Positions 9,044-18,321 of a DNA stretch of 64,000 nt are shown one piece after another; position 1 is the stretch's first letter, and every line of letters starts with the position of its first letter. Where the stretch lies: assembly GCA_963746905.1 (NCBI GenBank), contig CAVVCY010000003.1:949014-1013013 (forward strand). The letters run 5' to 3'. The translations under genes were made by a program, and so were the position numbers. The notes below the pieces were generated by a model that saw nothing but the letters and a program-made list of their open reading frames with translations, searched no databases and was not told where the DNA came from. Source of the stretch: an uncultured Acidobacteriota bacterium. Lineage in GTDB: Bacteria > Actinomycetota > Acidimicrobiia > Spongiisociales > ZC4RG35.

Positions 9044-9408
9044 GCGAGCGGGGGGTCACCTCGGTCCAGTTCCTCTTGGCGGGGGCGCTCTCGCTCGTCC
9101 TCTTCCTGGCATTCGCCAACTTGATCGTCGTCCAGTACGGCCGAGGCGCGATTCGCTCCGCCCTCGACCAAGGAGCGCGGGTCGGTGCTGTCACCGGCGC
9201 CCTCGAAGGTTGCGAGCAACGGGTCAAAGCGGTTCTCAGCCAAATCCTGGGAGGCGATATGGGTGAATCGACTGAGGTCGACTGCACGATCCACGGAGAC
9301 CTGATCGTTGCTCACGGCAGCGCCGTCTTTCCATCGTGGACTCCGTTTACCTCAGACTTTGTTGTCGACCTCCAGGCCCAGGCCACGCTGGAGCCAAATC
9401 GTGCCTGA
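9040..9408 (+). CDS. tadE: TadE-like pseudopilin
   Basis: ORF 9013..9408 trimmed to GTG 9040 (GTGA overlap with flp). N-terminus SERGVTSVQFLLAGALSLVLFLAFANLIV is the TadE N-terminal motif. Confidence 0.75.
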   Translation: MSERGVTSVQFLLAGALSLVLFLAFANLIVVQYGRGAIRSALDQGARVGAVTGALEGCEQRVKAVLSQILGGDMGESTEVDCTIHGDLIVAHGSAVFPSWTPFTSDFVVDLQAQATLEPNRA

Positions 9409-9829
9409 GAGAGGCCACGCCGCCGTCGAGTTCGCTCTCGCGGTTGGCCTCTTACTGCTCCCGGTCGCGATCACGGTGCTCGCGTTTGGGCCATGGTCGG
9501 AGCGACGCGTAGTGGCCGAGGCCGCGGCCGCCGAGGCGGCAAGGACTGCGGTGGTCTCTCTGGATCTCAGCCGGGGAAGCCAGGTGGTCTCGGAGATTGG
9601 CGGCAACCACGGCCTGGGGTCGGAGTCGATTCAGCTCGGTTGGTGTGGCTCTGAGCCTGGTCCGGCCGAGATCTCGATCGCCGGGTGCTCGCTGGACCGC
9701 GGGTCGGAAGTGGTGGCAGAAGTGCGGATCTGGGCACCCCTCATCACCACGCCTTGGGGCCCGGTGGGTGGGCTGTGGGTCACCGGGGTGCATGCCGAGC
9801 CAGTTGATCTCTACCGGAGCCTGGGATGA
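9401..9829 (+). CDS. TadE/TadF-like pseudopilin
   Basis: ORF 9308..9829 trimmed to GTG 9401, overlapping the previous stop. PERGHAAVEFALAVGLLLLPVAITVLAF is the TadE-type motif. Confidence 0.7.
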   Translation: MPERGHAAVEFALAVGLLLLPVAITVLAFGPWSERRVVAEAAAAEAARTAVVSLDLSRGSQVVSEIGGNHGLGSESIQLGWCGSEPGPAEISIAGCSLDRGSEVVAEVRIWAPLITTPWGPVGGLWVTGVHAEPVDLYRSLG

Positions 9830-10242
9830 GGGACGACCGGGGATCGATGACCATCTGGATGCTCGGTCTCTCGGTCCTGCTGCTCCTGTTCGGCGGGCTC
9901 GCCATCGACTTTTGGAGGGCGCTGGCGTTGCAGCGCGAGTTGTCTGCGATGGCCGACTCGGCGGCTATCGCCGCCGCCTCGGGCATCGACGAGGTTCGCT
10001 ATCGGGAGTCCGGCGAAGTGGTTCTCGACCCGTTCCGCGCCAGGGAGCTCGGGGTGGCGTCGATCGAGGAACAGGACGTCGATCCGCTCTCGTTTCAGGT
10101 CGCCACTGACGGCGCCGGGCTCACGGTGAGTGTCATCGTGGTCGACGCTGTCGAACTTGGTCTTCTCGGCCTGCTTGTGGATCAGACGGAGCCTCTGACT
10201 GTAAGGGCTGAGGCAACGGCTTCACCCCGTCTTCTGCCCTGA
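9826..10242 (+). CDS. TadG-like / Tad N-terminal domain pilus assembly protein
   Basis: DRGSMTIWMLGLSVLLLLFGGLAIDFWRALALQRELSAMADSAAIAAA matches the TadG-type N-terminus. ATGA overlap with the previous gene. Last gene of the operon. Confidence 0.65.
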   Translation: MRDDRGSMTIWMLGLSVLLLLFGGLAIDFWRALALQRELSAMADSAAIAAASGIDEVRYRESGEVVLDPFRARELGVASIEEQDVDPLSFQVATDGAGLTVSVIVVDAVELGLLGLLVDQTEPLTVRAEATASPRLLP

Positions 10243-10313
10243 CCGCAACTTCGCACTGACCCGGTGATCGGGTAACCTTGCGTTCCCCGCATTGCCTTCG
10301 GGTGTGTGCGCGT

Positions 10314-10388
10314 TCGGGGGTGGTGTAATAGGTAACACGACAGGTTCTGGCCCTGTTATTGAGGGTTCGAGTCCTTCCCCCCGAGCCA
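10314..10388 (+). tRNA. tRNA-Gln (anticodon CTG)
   Basis: Folded by hand. Acceptor TCGGGGG/CCCCCGA with the U1:A72 typical of tRNA-Gln, D stem GTGT/ACAC, anticodon stem ACAGG/CCTGT with loop TTCTGGC, T arm GAGGG-TTCGAGT-CCTTC, discriminator G, encoded CCA. Confidence 0.85.
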
Positions 10389-10413
10389 CGGCCAACGCGA
10401 GTTGGCCGAGTCT

Positions 10414-10489
10414 GGTCCCGTCGTCCAGAGGCCTAGGACGCCGGCCTCTCAAGCCGGAAACGCCGGTTCGAATCCGGTCGGGACTGCCA
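10414..10489 (+). tRNA. tRNA-Glu (anticodon CTC)
   Basis: Acceptor GGTCCCG/CGGGACT, D stem GTCC/GGAC, anticodon stem CCGGC/GCCGG with loop CTCTCAA, T arm GCCGG-TTCGAAT-CCGGT, discriminator G, encoded CCA. Confidence 0.9.
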
Positions 10490-10676
10490 TATCTAGCCGC
10501 CGTGCACCAAGCGGTCATACAGGCCCCGGAACATCGCCGCCGACCTGCCCAAGAGGTCTCGAATGACCTCGGTTGATTGCTCTACGAGCCAACGCCAGCC
10601 GAGGATCAACTCATTCATGCGTTGATAGATACCCCGGTCGGCGTGCGCCGATACCAGGCGACGATTCAGATCTCTC

Positions 10677-11093
10677 TCAGACCCGAGCGACCTTCGGATT
10701 GGAACCGGCCGCCACGTCGACAAAGTCGGGGATTGTCTTGAGGACCTCCTCGGCTCCGGCCGGGGCGTAGATGGCGAGGATCACCATCGTCTCGTAGCTG
10801 GTGTTCAGAGTGGAGTGGAAGACACCTTTCGGGATCCACACCGCATCCCCAGGAACAACGGGAAACGGCTCACCGTCGTCGATCATCTGGTTTCCCCTGC
10901 CGGCGAGGATGTAGAGGATTTCATCCGACTCGGGGTGGTTGTGACGATCGTGGCCCTTGCCCGGGAACAAGATGACGTGCATGAGGCTGCAATCGCCGTC
11001 ATCGGTGTTGTCGGTGGCGATGAGGGGCTTGATGATCCCCCAGTCGAATGTCCAGGTCGGGATCGAGTTGCGGTCTACGAGCTTGGCGGGCAT
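10677..11093 (-). CDS. cupin domain protein
   Basis: GHDRHNHPESDEILYILAGRG ... PGDAVWIPKGVFHS is the two-motif cupin signature. Confidence 0.8.
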   Translation of the reverse strand: MPAKLVDRNSIPTWTFDWGIIKPLIATDNTDDGDCSLMHVILFPGKGHDRHNHPESDEILYILAGRGNQMIDDGEPFPVVPGDAVWIPKGVFHSTLNTSYETMVILAIYAPAGAEEVLKTIPDFVDVAAGSNPKVARV

Positions 11094-11108
11094 TTTCTTC
11101 CTTGCTGT

Positions 11109-11930
11109 CTAGATGGTCATTGACTTGAAGCGGCGCATGTTCTCCGTCATCGCCACCTCGGTGGGCAGACGCTCCATCGATGACGCTCCGAAGAAGCCGA
11201 CGATGCCTTCGGTGCGGTCGAGGACATATTGAGCATCCTCGGGCTCGGCCAAGGGGCCCCCATGGCAGAGGACCGTGATGTCGGGGTTCACCTTCACCGC
11301 CGCATCGCGCATCGCCTGGATCTCGACGACACAGTCGTCGAGCGTCTTGGCGGTGTGGGCTCCGATAGTGCCTTTTGTGGTCAAACCCATGTGGGGTACC
11401 AGCACGTCGGCCCCCGCTTGAGCCATGGCGACCGCATCGTCGGGGTCGAACACATAGGGCGCCGTGACCAGGCCGAGGTCAGCGGCTTCCCTGATCATGT
11501 CGACTTCCAGGCCGTAGCTCATGCCGGTCTCCTCCAGGTTGGCGCGGAAGGTCCCGTCGATCAGACCGACTGTCGGAAAGTTCTGCACTCCGGCAAAGCC
11601 GGCATCGATCACCTGGCGGAGGAATCGGCCCATTATCCGGAAGGGATCGGTCCCACACACTCCGGCCAGAACCGGGGTGTCCTTCACGATGGGGAGCACC
11701 TCTTGGCCCATCTCCATCACGATCGCGTTGGCGTCGCCATACGGGAGCAGGCCGGCCAGCGATCCCCGGCCCGCCATGCGATAACGGCCAGAGTTGTAAA
11801 TGATGATTAGGTCGGCTCCGCCGGCTTCGGCGCACTTCGCCGACAGCCCGGTGCCGGCTCCGGCGCCGATGATCGGGTCGCCGGTCGCAACGGTCGCCTT
11901 CAATTTTGCGCGAGCCTCCTCACCTGTCAT
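11109..11930 (-). CDS. PEP-hydrolase-like TIM-barrel protein (TIM-br_sig_trns family, partner of UPF0261)
   Basis: ORF 11109..12002 trimmed to Met25 ([10 protein letters not shown]) at 11930, giving an ATGA overlap with the upstream UPF0261 gene. [49 protein letters not shown] and [13 protein letters not shown] match this family. Confidence 0.8.
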   Translation of the reverse strand: MTGEEARAKLKATVATGDPIIGAGAGTGLSAKCAEAGGADLIIIYNSGRYRMAGRGSLAGLLPYGDANAIVMEMGQEVLPIVKDTPVLAGVCGTDPFRIMGRFLRQVIDAGFAGVQNFPTVGLIDGTFRANLEETGMSYGLEVDMIREAADLGLVTAPYVFDPDDAVAMAQAGADVLVPHMGLTTKGTIGAHTAKTLDDCVVEIQAMRDAAVKVNPDITVLCHGGPLAEPEDAQYVLDRTEGIVGFFGASSMERLPTEVAMTENMRRFKSMTI

Positions 11931-13150
11931 CTCGAGGCCTTCATATAGCCGTCCAAGGTGTCCGCCATCGCCTTCGCGAAGTCCGGGTCGTTGATGTCGC
12001 ACTCCATCTCGATGAGGTCCACCGAATCGGGAAGGTTGTCCCGAATGGCTCCGAAGAGGGCAGCGTCGGCCTCGGGGTCGTAGAACGGTTGACCCTCCAC
12101 GGCGATCATCGAAACCCCCTTGAGCGGAATGAAGAGGGTTGTCGGACCGGTCGCGGCAGAGAGCTTCTCGGCAATCTGACGGCCCAGTTCGGCGGATTCT
12201 TCTGGTGTCGTCCGCATCAGCGTCACCGAAGGGTTGTGCTCATACATGGTGCGACCCTCGAACTTGGCCGGCACGGTGTCGGGCGCTCCGAAGTTCACCA
12301 TGTCGAGGGCACCCAAGGACACCACCTGAGGGACCCCGGTCCGAGCCGCCGCCCCCATCCTGTCAGGCCCTGCCGAGAGGACACCACCCACCAATTCATC
12401 ACACAACTCGGTTGTGGTCAGGTCGAGCACGCCATCGAAGAAGCGGGCCTCGATCAGGTTCTCCATCGCCCGTCCTCCGGTGCCGGTGCAATGGAATACC
12501 AGCACTTCGTAGCCACGCTCCTCGAGAGCGGTCCGGGCCTCGGTGACGGCCGGAGTGGTGACGCCGAACATGGTCGCTGCGACCAAGGGCCGCGCCCCGT
12601 CGAGTTCGACCGGCGCTCTCTTGACCATCCCGACCATTGCAGCCGCTGCGTTGGCGAGGATCTGGGCAGAGATCGAGTTGACGCCGGCGATGTCTGTGAT
12701 CGACGCCATCATCGTGATGTCGGTGCTTCCCACGTAGCTCGAGGTGTCCCCCGATGCCATCGTGGAGAGCATCAGTTTGGGAACACCCACCGGGAGAGCC
12801 CTCATGGCACGGGTGGCAATGGCCGTGCCTCCCGAGCCTCCTGCGGCCAGGATGCCATCGAAGCGCCCCTCGCGGTACAGCTTGGAGACGAACTCTCCTG
12901 CGGCCTCGGTCATTGTGGCCACAGCCCGTCCCCGATCCGAGGCGGCGGCGAGCGAAGTTGCGTCGGCCCCGATGGAGGCCGTCACCTCGTGACGCGTCAC
13001 GTCGGGGGTGATCCCGTTTGGATCGTTGATCCCGACGTCGACGACAAGCACGTTGACTCCGTCCGCCAGGAGGCGGTCGCGGAGGTAGGCGTACTCGATT
13101 CCCTTGGTGTCGAGCGTGCCTATCAGCAGGACGGTGGGCGAGTCGGGCAC
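11927..13150 (-). CDS. UPF0261 family protein (Tm-1-like ATP-binding domain), copy 1
   Basis: ORF 11927..13318 trimmed to GTG 13150, preceded by [28 protein letters not shown] ... [32 protein letters not shown] ... [15 protein letters not shown]. Confidence 0.85.
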   Translation of the reverse strand: MPDSPTVLLIGTLDTKGIEYAYLRDRLLADGVNVLVVDVGINDPNGITPDVTRHEVTASIGADATSLAAASDRGRAVATMTEAAGEFVSKLYREGRFDGILAAGGSGGTAIATRAMRALPVGVPKLMLSTMASGDTSSYVGSTDITMMASITDIAGVNSISAQILANAAAAMVGMVKRAPVELDGARPLVAATMFGVTTPAVTEARTALEERGYEVLVFHCTGTGGRAMENLIEARFFDGVLDLTTTELCDELVGGVLSAGPDRMGAAARTGVPQVVSLGALDMVNFGAPDTVPAKFEGRTMYEHNPSVTLMRTTPEESAELGRQIAEKLSAATGPTTLFIPLKGVSMIAVEGQPFYDPEADAALFGAIRDNLPDSVDLIEMECDINDPDFAKAMADTLDGYMKASR

Positions 13151-13204
13151 AGATTCTCCTCTCGTGGTCAGGCCCGTCGCAACGGGCGAAACGGCTCGGG
13201 TTAT

Positions 13205-13228
13205 GGTGACTGAGTGCGGGCTGTCACC
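13205..13228. promoter_or_regulatory. inverted repeat GGTGAC-N12-GTCACC in a divergent promoter region
   Basis: Seen directly. It lies 12 nt upstream of the SDR ATG (13240), between the divergent UPF0261 and SDR genes. Function not established. Confidence 0.25.
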
Positions 13229-13239
13229 GTCAACGATCG

Positions 13240-14004
13240 ATGAACGACATGTTCCGTCTCGATGGTCGGATCGCCATCGTGACCGGCGCCAGTAGGGGTT
13301 TGGGCAAGGCAATGGCAAGCGCCCTTGGGCAGGCCGGGGCGAAGGTGGTGCTGGTCAGCCGGAGCGCCGGCGACCTGGCTGGAGCGGCCGAGGAACTGAC
13401 CGCTGCGGGATGCGATGTGCTGGCGACACCGTTCGACCTGTCCAATATCGGTGCCATCGAACAGTGGGTCTCGGACACCTGGTCTGATGTCGGACCCGTC
13501 GACATCCTGCTTCATTCCGCGGGCCACCAACGTCGGGGAGCTGCCGTGGACCTGGACCACGCCGACTGGGAACAGATCCTGGCTGTGAATCTGACAGGGC
13601 CCTTCTTCCTCTCTAGGGAGGTTGGAAAGCTTCAGATGGAATCCGGGCTGGGCGGATCCCATATCTTCATTGGCTCGTTGACGACGAGCATCGGGATTGC
13701 CAACACTGCGGCCTACTCCGCCTCCAAGAGCGGGGTCGCCGGAGTGGTGAGGACCTTGGCGGTCGAGTGGGCATCGTCGGGTATTCGGGTCAACGCCATC
13801 GCTCCTGGCTATTTCCGGACCCAGCTCACCGAGGGCCTTTTCCAGGATCCAGAGCGAAGTGCATGGATCCAATCGCGGATCCCCATGGGCCGGATCGGAG
13901 CGCCTGACGACCTGGGAGGTGCCGCGGTGTTTCTCGCCTCCGATGCCTCCTTGTACATCACCGGCACGATCCTCAACGTCGACGGTGGTTGGCTCGCCGG
14001 TTGA
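13240..14004 (+). CDS. SDR family oxidoreductase (KduD / gluconate-5-dehydrogenase-like)
   Basis: IAIVTGASRGLGKA cofactor motif. YSASKSGVAGVVRTLAVEW contains the YxxxK active site. Confidence 0.9.
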   Translation: MNDMFRLDGRIAIVTGASRGLGKAMASALGQAGAKVVLVSRSAGDLAGAAEELTAAGCDVLATPFDLSNIGAIEQWVSDTWSDVGPVDILLHSAGHQRRGAAVDLDHADWEQILAVNLTGPFFLSREVGKLQMESGLGGSHIFIGSLTTSIGIANTAAYSASKSGVAGVVRTLAVEWASSGIRVNAIAPGYFRTQLTEGLFQDPERSAWIQSRIPMGRIGAPDDLGGAAVFLASDASLYITGTILNVDGGWLAG

Positions 14005-14018
14005 CGTGAGGATTGCCG

Positions 14019-15470
14019 TCATCGGGGGGGCCCGAAGCCGAGCTTGCCCGGGTTGAGGATGCCGTCGGGGTCGATGGCGTCCTTGATCCCTTGCAGATAA
14101 GGCCACATCGCCCCGTACTGCTCACGCATGAACCGGCCCAACTTGACCCCGACGCCATGGTGCTCGTTGATCACACCGCCGTGGGCGAGTGACGTGCGGA
14201 CGGCAGAGTCCCACAGTCGGTCGTGCAGATCGAGCGCCTCCATCGGGTCCTTGGGAGAGTCATGGATGTAGAACCGGTCATAGACCATCACTCCCCACGG
14301 GAACCAGTGGGAGAAGTGGGCGGTGTACTGGGCCCCGTACTCGGCGAAGCCTTCCTCCACGTTCTTGCGCTTTGCCCGATAGAGGTCGGGCATGTCGTCG
14401 AAGGTGCAAACCGTGTCGGTGGTGCCGAAGATCGTCGGGGGAGCGGGTGCCTTGCCTTCGGCGTAGGGCTCGTACTTGCCATCCCACCAGGTCTTGGCGC
14501 CCCCGGGACCTAGATGAGTTCCGCCCACCTCGCCGCAGATCGCGGTGATCGCCTCTGATTCGAGGTCAACGAGACGCTGATCCCCGTCGCAGATGACGAC
14601 CAGCAGGGCCCCGGTCAGTTCCAGGCCCAGAATGTGGTTCAGCTTGTCCCGGTCGGCCTCGTCATAGAGACGCATCACGGAGGGGCGCCAACGTTGAGTC
14701 ATGATCCGCCGACCCGCTTCGAGACCATCGAAGACCGTCGCAAACTCGTACGTGAGGAAGGCCTGAGTCTCGGGCAAGGGGTCCATTCGGAGGGTGGCCG
14801 AGGTGATGACCCCCATCGTGCCCTCGGACCCGACCAGGAGTTGGAGCAGCCCGGGACCGGCCGCATGGTTTGGGACCGTGGGTGTCGACGCCAGCTGGCC
14901 CGGGGGAAGGGCAGCCTCGACCTGAAGCACCATGTCCTCCGGCTTGCCGTACTTGGTCGATCGAACGCCGGATCCGCGAGCGGCCAACCAGCCGCCAACT
15001 GTTGCGCCGAAATGGAATGAGCCAGGCTCGTGCGCAACGGCCAGGCCAAGAGGGCTGAGTGCCTCCTCGAGTTGGGGCCCGGTCACACCAGCCTCGACGT
15101 TGACGACCAAGCTGGTCTCATCGATTTCCAGGATGCGGTCCATCCGGGTCAGATCGAGGGCGATTCCCCCGTATAGGGCAAACGTCCCCCCTTGAGTGCC
15201 CGACCCACCCCCACGCGGCACCAAAGGGACCCGATGGTCGCTGGCGACCCGGACCACGTCTGCCACCTCTTGGGCGCTTCCCGGCTTCACCAGTACATCG
15301 GCGGTCGGCAACTCGATGCCGTGGAGCCTGTAGAGCTGTGACATCCACGACCAGTCGGCCGCCTGGGCAGCCAATTCCCCATGATCGACCGAGACCTGCT
15401 TCGCGCCCACCACATCCTCGAGCTCATGGCGGAGCATTCGGATCCGGTAGTCGGCGCGGGAATCAGACAT
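14019..15470 (-). CDS. FAD-binding oxidoreductase (FAD-linked oxidase, GlcD / D-2-hydroxyacid dehydrogenase-like)
   Basis: VPLVPRGGGSGTQGG FAD_binding_4 motif. About 480 aa with a C-terminal FAD-oxidase domain. Confidence 0.85.
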   Translation of the reverse strand: MSDSRADYRIRMLRHELEDVVGAKQVSVDHGELAAQAADWSWMSQLYRLHGIELPTADVLVKPGSAQEVADVVRVASDHRVPLVPRGGGSGTQGGTFALYGGIALDLTRMDRILEIDETSLVVNVEAGVTGPQLEEALSPLGLAVAHEPGSFHFGATVGGWLAARGSGVRSTKYGKPEDMVLQVEAALPPGQLASTPTVPNHAAGPGLLQLLVGSEGTMGVITSATLRMDPLPETQAFLTYEFATVFDGLEAGRRIMTQRWRPSVMRLYDEADRDKLNHILGLELTGALLVVICDGDQRLVDLESEAITAICGEVGGTHLGPGGAKTWWDGKYEPYAEGKAPAPPTIFGTTDTVCTFDDMPDLYRAKRKNVEEGFAEYGAQYTAHFSHWFPWGVMVYDRFYIHDSPKDPMEALDLHDRLWDSAVRTSLAHGGVINEHHGVGVKLGRFMREQYGAMWPYLQGIKDAIDPDGILNPGKLGFGPPR

Positions 15471-16161
15471 GATCGAGGGCTGATCCGTTCGTCGAAATGA
15501 AGGGACGCGCCATCTCGAGATGGCGGATCATGCTCTCCTCCATGTGATCGATGTGCTCGTTGACGAGTCTTCGGATGCCGTCATGATCCGAGGCTGCGAT
15601 CGACTTGGCGATCGAGGAATGCTCGTCGGCGCATTTGGCCAGGCGCTCGAGGCGGCCGGCTCCTGACATCCAGAACCGGTGAAGGCGGCGCCGCTGCTTC
15701 TCGGCAATGTCAGAGAAGAGAGTGTGGTCCGATGCCATCTGGAGAAGCTCGTGGAATCGGGCGTCGGCGGTGGACCACATTTCCAGGTCTCGTTTGGACG
15801 CGGCCATCGCCATTCTCTCGACACACTCCTGGAGGTGGTCGCCCTGCTCGTCGGTGAGGTTCTCTGAGGCTCGCATGAAGAGGGCGGCGTCGAGGAGACG
15901 GAGGACGTCGCAGATCTCGTGGACGTCCCCGGCCGTCAACCCGGCTACCGAGTAGCCACTGTTGTGGTTGCGGCGCACGAGTTGATCCAGTTCCAGCCGC
16001 TGTAGGGCGGCCCGGACCGGTGTGCGGCTGATGCCGAGCCACTGGGCGACGGCGACCTCTCCCAGGTGGTCGCCTGGTCGGACGTTCTCGCTCGTCAAAA
16101 GCTCGCGCAGTTGGACGTACGCCCTATCGGTCACGGTCGTGGGATCGGGCTCCGCCATCAC
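15463..16161 (-). CDS. GntR family transcriptional regulator (FadR/FCD type)
   Basis: N-terminal wHTH (GDHLGEVAVAQWLGISRTPVRAALQRLELDQLV) plus an all-helical FCD-like C-domain. Overlaps both neighbours. Confidence 0.9.
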   Translation of the reverse strand: MMAEPDPTTVTDRAYVQLRELLTSENVRPGDHLGEVAVAQWLGISRTPVRAALQRLELDQLVRRNHNSGYSVAGLTAGDVHEICDVLRLLDAALFMRASENLTDEQGDHLQECVERMAMAASKRDLEMWSTADARFHELLQMASDHTLFSDIAEKQRRRLHRFWMSGAGRLERLAKCADEHSSIAKSIAASDHDGIRRLVNEHIDHMEESMIRHLEMARPFISTNGSALDHV

Positions 16162-17066
16162 AAGACTCGGTCGATGAACTCTCGGTTCTCGACCTTGACC
16201 GGCACCTTCATCAGCTCCAGGACACCCCGAGCCACGTGTTCCGAATATCTGCGGAAAGATTCCTCGCCTTTCTCCTTGGTCGCCCGCATCGGGTTGCCAA
16301 TCACTCCGGTCTCGGTGAACTCATGGTGATCCATCGGGAAGTTGAAGTAGGTGTAGCCCTCGAACTCGACGTCGGGGGCACCGTCGTACTTTCTGAACGA
16401 CTCGGGCAGGAAGTCGGGGATCGACGTAGGCGTGTGCTTCGCCCTGTCCATGCGAACCAGCTTCTCGTTCCAAGCGAGACATTGCGATGTCTCCCACTCG
16501 CTCGAATGCCAGCCTGGTGTCTCCTCCGGGGGATTCTCGAATACACCTTCGACCACGCCCACATAGCGCTCCATGTAGGGCTTGACCAAGCCGATCAGGG
16601 CTCCCGTCTCATAGCGAAGTTTGCGCAACACGGGGTCGACGACCTTGATATTCGAACCGTGCCCGTTGACGAAGATGATTCGGTTGAAGCCGTGGTGAAT
16701 CAAACTTCGGGCGATGTCTTCCATCAGGGCGAGGAGGGTCGATGAGCGAACCGTGATCGTGCCTCGCCCTTCTCCGGGTCGATGCATGTGTTGCGGCGAG
16801 TAGCCGGTCCAGATGGGCGGGGTATGGAGGACCCCGATCAGGCGGGAGACGCGTGCTGAGATCTCGATCGCGGTGATGGTGTCGCAGTAGAGGGGCAGAT
16901 GAGGCCCGTGCTGCTCGGTGCTCGCCATTGGCACCAGAACCACGTCCTTGTCCTCGAGGTAGGCCTGGATGTCCACGTATGAGAGCTCGGCCAGGTTCCA
17001 GGAAACGAACTGCTCGCGAAACGCCCGCTCGGCTTCGGTGACGTCGGTCAATGCGTCGGTGGTCAT
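16158..17066 (-). CDS. creatininase family amidohydrolase
   Basis: LVPMASTEQHGPHLPLYCDT and IIFVNGHGSN are the creatininase-family metal-site motifs. Confidence 0.8.
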   Translation of the reverse strand: MTTDALTDVTEAERAFREQFVSWNLAELSYVDIQAYLEDKDVVLVPMASTEQHGPHLPLYCDTITAIEISARVSRLIGVLHTPPIWTGYSPQHMHRPGEGRGTITVRSSTLLALMEDIARSLIHHGFNRIIFVNGHGSNIKVVDPVLRKLRYETGALIGLVKPYMERYVGVVEGVFENPPEETPGWHSSEWETSQCLAWNEKLVRMDRAKHTPTSIPDFLPESFRKYDGAPDVEFEGYTYFNFPMDHHEFTETGVIGNPMRATKEKGEESFRRYSEHVARGVLELMKVPVKVENREFIDRVL

Positions 17067-18319
17067 GTTGCTTTCTCCAGTTGGGTCGTTGCGCCAGCCT
17101 GGTCGAGCAGGTCGGCGAATAGGTCGGCGACGACCTCTCCGAATCGAGGATCGTTGACGTGATGGTCGAACTCACGAACCGCGATGTCGGGTCGCAGGTC
17201 GGATCTCAGGCTCCTGGCAAACGCGGCGTCGGCGTCGGGATCCCAGAAAACGCCGCCGGGCACGTTGGGTATCGACAGCCCATTGGTGGGGATGGCAATG
17301 ATCAGCGGGCCGCTAGCGCGGTTCAGTCGCTCGGCGAAGAGCTCCCCGATTTGGGCCATCTGGCTCGCCGGTGTGCGAACCAGGGTGTACTCCGGGTTGT
17401 GGTCGTAGACAGGGCGGTCGGCGAGTTCCAAGGGGACCTGGCCACTAGCGAAGACGCTGAAGTCGATGCACCCGGGGACCACGATTTGTGGAATCCCGAG
17501 CTCTGCCACCGTCGACAGGCGACGGGGACCGCCGTCGTGGATGCCACCGACCATGGGGTCTGTCACCTCGTTGGTAGTGAAGTCGATCACCCCCACGAAC
17601 ACGCCAGCCTCGGCCAGCTCCTCCATGGCCGGTCCGCCCACACCGTTGGAGTGGAAGACAACTGCCTCATAGCCATGCTCGGCCAATCGGTCGCGGAGAG
17701 CCATGACCGCCTTGGTGGTATTGCCCAGCATCGTTACACCGACCAGGCGGCTGGCGGAGCCGTGAGGCTCGAGCCGCCTGTTGTCGTGGGCCATCGCCGC
17801 CACCGCGGTGGCCACGTTGTCAAACACCGTCGTGGCCACCGGGTTCAGCCCCATGATGTCGACCACCGTGTGCACCACCATCATGTCCGAGGTCCCCACC
17901 AGAGGACCGAACTCGTGGCGCCCGGAGGCAATCGGGCTGAGAACCACTTTGGGGACGCCGATCGGCAGCATCATCAGCGCCGCCGCTCCCATGACCGCCC
18001 CCTCGGCCCCACCGAGACCTATCGCCGCGTCGACCTTGCCTTGCAGGTAGAGGTCGGTCATCAGCGATCGCACCGCCTGGCGCATCAGCGCAACGGCACG
18101 TCCCCGGGTTCCGGCCTGGCGGACCTCATCGATGTTCGCCCCCGCATAGGCAGCGACCGCGCTGTGGTCGACATCGGGGACGATGTCGAGGGGCTCTCCG
18201 AGAATCCCGACGTCGACCACCGTCGTGGTACACCCGCGATCGATCAAGCGATCGCGGATGTACGCAACTTCCGGCCCCTTTGTGTCGAGGGTGCCGACGA
18301 TGACGACGTTGGGGACCAT
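17063..18319 (-). CDS. UPF0261 family protein (Tm-1-like ATP-binding domain), copy 2
   Basis: MVPNVVIVGTLDTKGPEVAYIRDRL ... GLGGAEGAVMGAAALMMLPIGVPKVVLSPIASG ... FHSNGVGGPAMEEL. Clearly paralogous to 11927..13150. Confidence 0.85.
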   Translation of the reverse strand: MVPNVVIVGTLDTKGPEVAYIRDRLIDRGCTTTVVDVGILGEPLDIVPDVDHSAVAAYAGANIDEVRQAGTRGRAVALMRQAVRSLMTDLYLQGKVDAAIGLGGAEGAVMGAAALMMLPIGVPKVVLSPIASGRHEFGPLVGTSDMMVVHTVVDIMGLNPVATTVFDNVATAVAAMAHDNRRLEPHGSASRLVGVTMLGNTTKAVMALRDRLAEHGYEAVVFHSNGVGGPAMEELAEAGVFVGVIDFTTNEVTDPMVGGIHDGGPRRLSTVAELGIPQIVVPGCIDFSVFASGQVPLELADRPVYDHNPEYTLVRTPASQMAQIGELFAERLNRASGPLIIAIPTNGLSIPNVPGGVFWDPDADAAFARSLRSDLRPDIAVREFDHHVNDPRFGEVVADLFADLLDQAGATTQLEKAT

Positions 18320-18321
18320 CC

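Noticed and set aside
10493-10723. 76-aa minus-strand ORF between tRNA-Glu and the cupin gene
   Set aside because: It overlaps the 3' end of the cupin gene and has no RBS or recognisable motif. A shorter 41-aa version from ATG 10618 cannot be supported either.
11906-13213. 435-aa plus-strand ORF (and the similar 406-aa ORF at 17159..18379)
   Set aside because: Both are antisense to the two UPF0261 genes. They are His/Arg/Gly/Asp-rich with no recognisable domains. The UPF0261 frames carry the conserved motifs.
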